A DNA stretch of 20,000 bases from an uncultured virus (IMG/VR IMGVR_UViG_3300042992_002627) (Duplodnaviria > Heunggongvirae > Uroviricota > Caudoviricetes). Numbering within the stretch: position 1 is the stretch's first letter; each line of letters begins with the position of its first letter. The stretch lies in IMG/VR virus record IMGVR_UViG_3300042992_002627; one strand, given 5' to 3'. Shown piece by piece: positions 15,851 through 20,000 of this stretch. The translations under genes were made by a program, and so were the position numbers. A model generated the notes under the pieces. It saw only the letters and a list, made by a program, of their open reading frames with translations. It was not told the origin of the DNA and did no database searches.

Positions 15851-18480
15851 TGCCAAGCAGAATAACAATAGAAATCGATTCAAATCCTGTTCATGGGAGC
15901 ACATTGGTTATAACTGTGGCAAATCCGGATATAAGTTATTCGAGCACACAGGCTTTTACTTTTATTAATGGTGTTCCGGTAAATAGTAATCAAATACAAA
16001 TTGGAGCTACTGCTGAAGATACGTTGCAAAATATTTATACAAACTTTCAATTGGCTTATCCTACATTGGTTGTTAGTATAGAATATCCGTTTGTTTACTT
16101 AGATTTTCCTGTTCCTGGCGATGCAACAGTAACAACTATTTTAAATACAACCGCGGGTGCTATTACTGCAGGAACTGAATTGATTGATGATATTCCGGTG
16201 GTTGTTCCTGAAGCGTTTGAAATCGCTGATTTTTCTATTCAAATAATTGACACCTACGAAAACGAACTTGATTTGATTGTGGAACTTACCCGGCAATCAG
16301 CTCCTAAATTAGTTTTCGATTCTGGTGAATCAATTTTAGAGCCATTAATGACTTCTGAATTAAAGTTTGATATGCGTGTTCCAAATGCGGAAGATGCTCA
16401 TTTTAAACATCTTTTCACAGGTGATGAAAAAAGATTTAAAGTAAAATTAAATGCAATTGATTCTGATGAAAATATAAAACTGATTTGGCAGGGATTTTTA
16501 TTAGCTGATTTATATAAAGAGCCCTATCAAAACGGTAATTTATTTGTTGAATTTTCTGCAACCGACATGATTGGAACCTTGAAAGCTTCCTATTTTAAAC
16601 CATGGGAATATGCAAGAAAAATTAATATCATGCGTTTGTTTTCTGAAATAATGGCACAAACGGGTTTGAGTCAAAAGTTTGTTGTAATGCCCGCAATGGT
16701 TCCTCAATCAGCTTTAATTCCGTGGTATTATTTAAACTTAGAGTTGAATACTTATTTTGATGGTAAGAAAGGTGAAAACTTATATGATTTATTGTCGTCT
16801 GTTTTACAATCAAATTTATTAACACTTCGGTCTTTTGAAGGTTATTGGTATATTGAAGGGGTAAATAGAAAATTTGAAAAAACAGGAATCGCCATGCTTT
16901 TTGATCAAGCTGGTGTTTTTGAAAGTAATTTAGAATTTACTCGAAAAGAGCAGCAATTTGATTTTGTAAAAGGAACATTAAATTTTGGAATCAAATCACC
17001 TTTAAAAGAAGTTTTTATAAATTATACAGGTAAAAGTTCTGATAATTTATTTCCGGATGATTTGGTTGATCGTGATGCCTATTTTGGAATTATGACAAAC
17101 AACGAATGGGATGAAACAAGTCAAACAACTTCCTATTTAGATTATTGGCTAAAAGTAGGTGCTTTAAATTTAGTATTTAAAGATCAACATAGATTTTCTT
17201 TTGGAACCCTGGGGGGTAATATTGGTGATGCTTATGTTGTTTCAGAAAATGATGCTTTGAATAATTATTTTAAATCTAAAATAAAGCCTTATTTACATAA
17301 AAATAAAAAATATCGTATAAAAATAGATGTTGAATTTTTTGGACTTTTTTTCCCTTTAGCTAGTGCAAATTGGATTATAAATACAGGAATACCTGGTGGA
17401 CATTTTGATAACTTTTTGCTTTATAGATTAATGTTAAATGGTGTAGAGGTGCTTAGTAATCGTCAAGGAGTTAATTATCGATTAGAGAATGATTTTTTTA
17501 TTAGTTATAAATCAAAAAAAGATGTTAATGTTCAGGTTTTAAGTTATGTTTTAGATACAACTTTTGAACTGGATACAGATGGATTTGCGGAATTACAATT
17601 TTTAAGTCCGGTATCAAATTCTGCTTATGGTGTTGGTTTGGCTAGCGGAAGGTTAATGAGTAATTTTCAGCTTGATGTAAAAAAAATAGAATTAATTCCT
17701 GAAAATGGACTTGATTTGAATTTAATTGCAAGTCGTGACTTAAATTTTAGTAATAAATATGAATTAGATGTAGATCTTGTTTCTTCTGCTGAAATTAGTC
17801 AAGGTCCTAATTTCGGGCTAGGAATTCAATTATTGCCTTATCAACAAAATGTTCCTGTTGCAACACAGGTTTATGTTGAAAACCTTCATACGTTTAACTC
17901 TACTAATTCAATCAATAAAATATTTTCCTGGCGTTTTCAAATATCATCACAAGTTGAAAATATCTTATTTAAGCAATTAAAAAAACAATCTTTATTTATT
18001 ACCCGTGAAAATGGTAATCAGGATTTTTTTAATAGTGTATATACTAATAGAATAACTTTAGCATCATTAAAATATTTGTATTATTTAACAGATAGATATG
18101 GTAATCCTAAAATACCAAGTGATTATAGTTATTTACCAAAAATAGAAGCCGGTGATGAACTCACAATTTTGCTTTCAAATTATCCTGAAGAAGATTTGAA
18201 TCAACGTTTGTTTTGGAAAATTTATAACGAATCATCAATACAAAATTTTGTAGAAACATTGGCAAAAATTATTCATCAAATGCATCCTGATAATTATTAT
18301 GCGGTTGAAGGAACGCTTTTAGGATTGTATTTTCCGGGTGAAGTGACAAGTTTTTATTATGATAACGAACCGCGTGATTTTGTGGCAAGTAGAATTGAAA
18401 TTGATTTGTTTAACAGCAAAACAACTATAACAGGCCGTGAAGTAAAATATGAAGTTTTAACAGATATTAGTTATGAGTGA
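15850..18480 (+). CDS. Large tail-tip/baseplate-hub structural protein (putative)
   Basis: 876 aa directly after the tape measure gene. IWQGFLLADLYKEPY...VEFSATDMIGTLK resembles hub-type motifs. Confidence 0.65.
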   Translation: MPSRITIEIDSNPVHGSTLVITVANPDISYSSTQAFTFINGVPVNSNQIQIGATAEDTLQNIYTNFQLAYPTLVVSIEYPFVYLDFPVPGDATVTTILNTTAGAITAGTELIDDIPVVVPEAFEIADFSIQIIDTYENELDLIVELTRQSAPKLVFDSGESILEPLMTSELKFDMRVPNAEDAHFKHLFTGDEKRFKVKLNAIDSDENIKLIWQGFLLADLYKEPYQNGNLFVEFSATDMIGTLKASYFKPWEYARKINIMRLFSEIMAQTGLSQKFVVMPAMVPQSALIPWYYLNLELNTYFDGKKGENLYDLLSSVLQSNLLTLRSFEGYWYIEGVNRKFEKTGIAMLFDQAGVFESNLEFTRKEQQFDFVKGTLNFGIKSPLKEVFINYTGKSSDNLFPDDLVDRDAYFGIMTNNEWDETSQTTSYLDYWLKVGALNLVFKDQHRFSFGTLGGNIGDAYVVSENDALNNYFKSKIKPYLHKNKKYRIKIDVEFFGLFFPLASANWIINTGIPGGHFDNFLLYRLMLNGVEVLSNRQGVNYRLENDFFISYKSKKDVNVQVLSYVLDTTFELDTDGFAELQFLSPVSNSAYGVGLASGRLMSNFQLDVKKIELIPENGLDLNLIASRDLNFSNKYELDVDLVSSAEISQGPNFGLGIQLLPYQQNVPVATQVYVENLHTFNSTNSINKIFSWRFQISSQVENILFKQLKKQSLFITRENGNQDFFNSVYTNRITLASLKYLYYLTDRYGNPKIPSDYSYLPKIEAGDELTILLSNYPEEDLNQRLFWKIYNESSIQNFVETLAKIIHQMHPDNYYAVEGTLLGLYFPGEVTSFYYDNEPRDFVASRIEIDLFNSKTTITGREVKYEVLTDISYE

Positions 18481-19036
18481 TATAGTAATTCAATTGAACA
18501 CTAAGATTGACAGAAAAACAATTCATGCCGATACTACTATTGATATAGTTAACAACTATGCCAGTGAAGCCCTGCCTTTAAATACATTTAAATATAGTGA
18601 TTTATCGGGATCAGAAAAAGAAGCTTTGAATGAAGTTTTGGATAAACTGACTTATGAAACCGAAGGTGGTGCAATTGTTTGGAATGTTTTTAGAACTGAT
18701 AAAATTTTTGATTTGCGTAGTTCTTATGTTCGTGATGCTCAAAGTACAGAAACGCCTACAACGGATATACCTGATGGTACCGCAATGACGGTTCGGTTTG
18801 AGGTAGCTGGATTTGTTGAAAACACGTATCGAGAAGTCTCTCTTTGGTATAATGAAGATTTTTTAACCCCTGATTTAGATGCTTTAGCTGAAATAGGAAT
18901 TACAATCACGGGTAATGGACGTGATTTTGAAATTACTAATAATTTACCATGTAAAGTGAGTTTTATTAAACCTGGAGCAGTGAGTGATTTTTATATAATT
19001 AACGACGTTGAACAATCTCAAATCATCCCGAAATGA
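18473..19036 (+). CDS. Hypothetical tail-region protein
   Basis: 187-aa acidic ORF overlapping both neighbours. Confidence 0.7.
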   Translation: MSDIVIQLNTKIDRKTIHADTTIDIVNNYASEALPLNTFKYSDLSGSEKEALNEVLDKLTYETEGGAIVWNVFRTDKIFDLRSSYVRDAQSTETPTTDIPDGTAMTVRFEVAGFVENTYREVSLWYNEDFLTPDLDALAEIGITITGNGRDFEITNNLPCKVSFIKPGAVSDFYIINDVEQSQIIPK

Positions 19037-19161
19037 TAAATAATGTAATTCATATAATTCGCTTCACGGCAAAAAAATGGAATCAAGGTATTATTCGCTT
19101 ATTAGCGACAGAAGATAATGTGGTTATAACAACAGAAGATGATAAAATGATTGAATTATGA
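19033..19161 (+). CDS. Small hypothetical protein (42 aa)
   Basis: MINNVIHIIRFTAKKWNQGIIRLLATEDNVVITTEDDKMIEL*, with ATGA overlaps at both ends. Below the ORF-track size cutoff. Confidence 0.6.
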   Translation: MINNVIHIIRFTAKKWNQGIIRLLATEDNVVITTEDDKMIEL

Positions 19162-20000
19162 GTATAGCAAAAATAAAAGGATCAGCGTTGCCGGCACGCA
19201 ATACGGCGGAAAATACAGATTATGTTTTAGTTATATCCGGTGGTGTGACCTATAAAATGCTGCGAAGTGTTTTTTTGGCCGGGATTACTGTTAGTCAGGA
19301 TTTGCAGGGTGCACTGGATAATGGTAAAACTGCTGAATTTACAGATATTAACGATGATGTTATATCTATCAATTTAGGGGAATATAGGGAGGACCAGTTG
19401 CAGAGTATTATCAGCCTGTCTATGACAAGGGATCTTTTGGATACTTTCCAACGGGTTTATTTTTATTTAGCACAAGGTCAAATATCTTTAAGTAGTAATT
19501 ATGACGATTTAATTAATAATATTTTTAATTATTCAGCAATATCAGTTGGCAATGGTGATGTGAGTTTATATAAGCAAAATTCATTTGAAAGCCGATCAAA
19601 AAATCAATCATTTTCTTTTGAAAATGAGACTGAAGAACCTTCAGAAAATTTAGATATTTTATACAAGCCTAATCCAAAAAATTCTTCAGGAACTTATTAT
19701 TTAGCTACAACGGAGGATATTCCTGAAAACATATTCATCTCAAAACAAAACGGAACATTTGGAAGTCATACTGGTGACTTGCTGGAAACTGTTTTAAGCT
19801 CTGATAATGTTGTTGGTGGTTTTTTTGTAGCTGGTGACACGATGCTTATTTTAATTTCAGGAGAAAAATCAGGAGCTGTGGCGAATGTTACTTATAGAAT
19901 AAGATTTGGAACCACCGGAACAACTTCAGATGAATTAATTGCTACTTATACCGGAAACAATCGAGGTTTAAATATGCAAAGAGTAAATATTTCATTTTTA
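19158..20000 (+). CDS. Putative tail fibre / receptor-binding protein (3'-truncated by the window edge)
   Basis: Hand-translated open frame MSIAKIKGSALPARNTAENTDYVLVISGGVTYK...QDLQGALDNG...SGTYYLATTEDIP... running off the window. Position and linker motifs are fibre-like. Confidence 0.6.
   Translation, partial: MSIAKIKGSALPARNTAENTDYVLVISGGVTYKMLRSVFLAGITVSQDLQGALDNGKTAEFTDINDDVISINLGEYREDQLQSIISLSMTRDLLDTFQRVYFYLAQGQISLSSNYDDLINNIFNYSAISVGNGDVSLYKQNSFESRSKNQSFSFENETEEPSENLDILYKPNPKNSSGTYYLATTEDIPENIFISKQNGTFGSHTGDLLETVLSSDNVVGGFFVAGDTMLILISGEKSGAVANVTYRIRFGTTGTTSDELIATYTGNNRGLNMQRVNISFL

Noticed and set aside
927..16825. Minus-strand ORFs in the track (e.g. 927-1220, 1787-2023, 2154-2405, 4000-4230, 7276-7539, 13663-13938, 16628-16825)
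   Set aside because: All are antisense shadows of well-supported + strand genes and show no recognisable motifs.
19158..20000. Diversity-generating retroelement target in the fibre gene
   Set aside because: No reverse transcriptase or TR/VR repeat pair is visible in the window.

Overview
AT-rich segment of a long-tailed, HK97/lambda-like siphophage or prophage. The host is probably Bacteroidota/Flavobacteriaceae, inferred from A-rich, SD-less translation starts and a TAnnTTTG promoter element. All credible genes are on the + strand. Region 1-2640 is the most unusual: a tyrosine recombinase resembling integron integrases sits directly downstream of at least four short gene units separated by attC-like imperfect hairpins (AAC...GTT cores). 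Each complete unit has self-complementary ends, and the array ends in a hairpin-less, attI-like core next to the integrase. The geometry suggests a phage-borne, 'inverted' integron-like cassette array in which the hairpin lies at the 5' end of each gene, can contain the start codon, and genes point toward the integrase. Region 2651-6500 holds small accessory ORFs and the terminase large subunit. Region 6653-20000 is a standard morphogenesis module: portal, protease, capsid, head-tail joining, tail tube, chaperones with a -1 frameshift, tape measure, and tail-tip/fibre proteins. A shared promoter-like box precedes the portal and tape measure genes. No database searches were run; product calls rest on recognised motifs and gene order.
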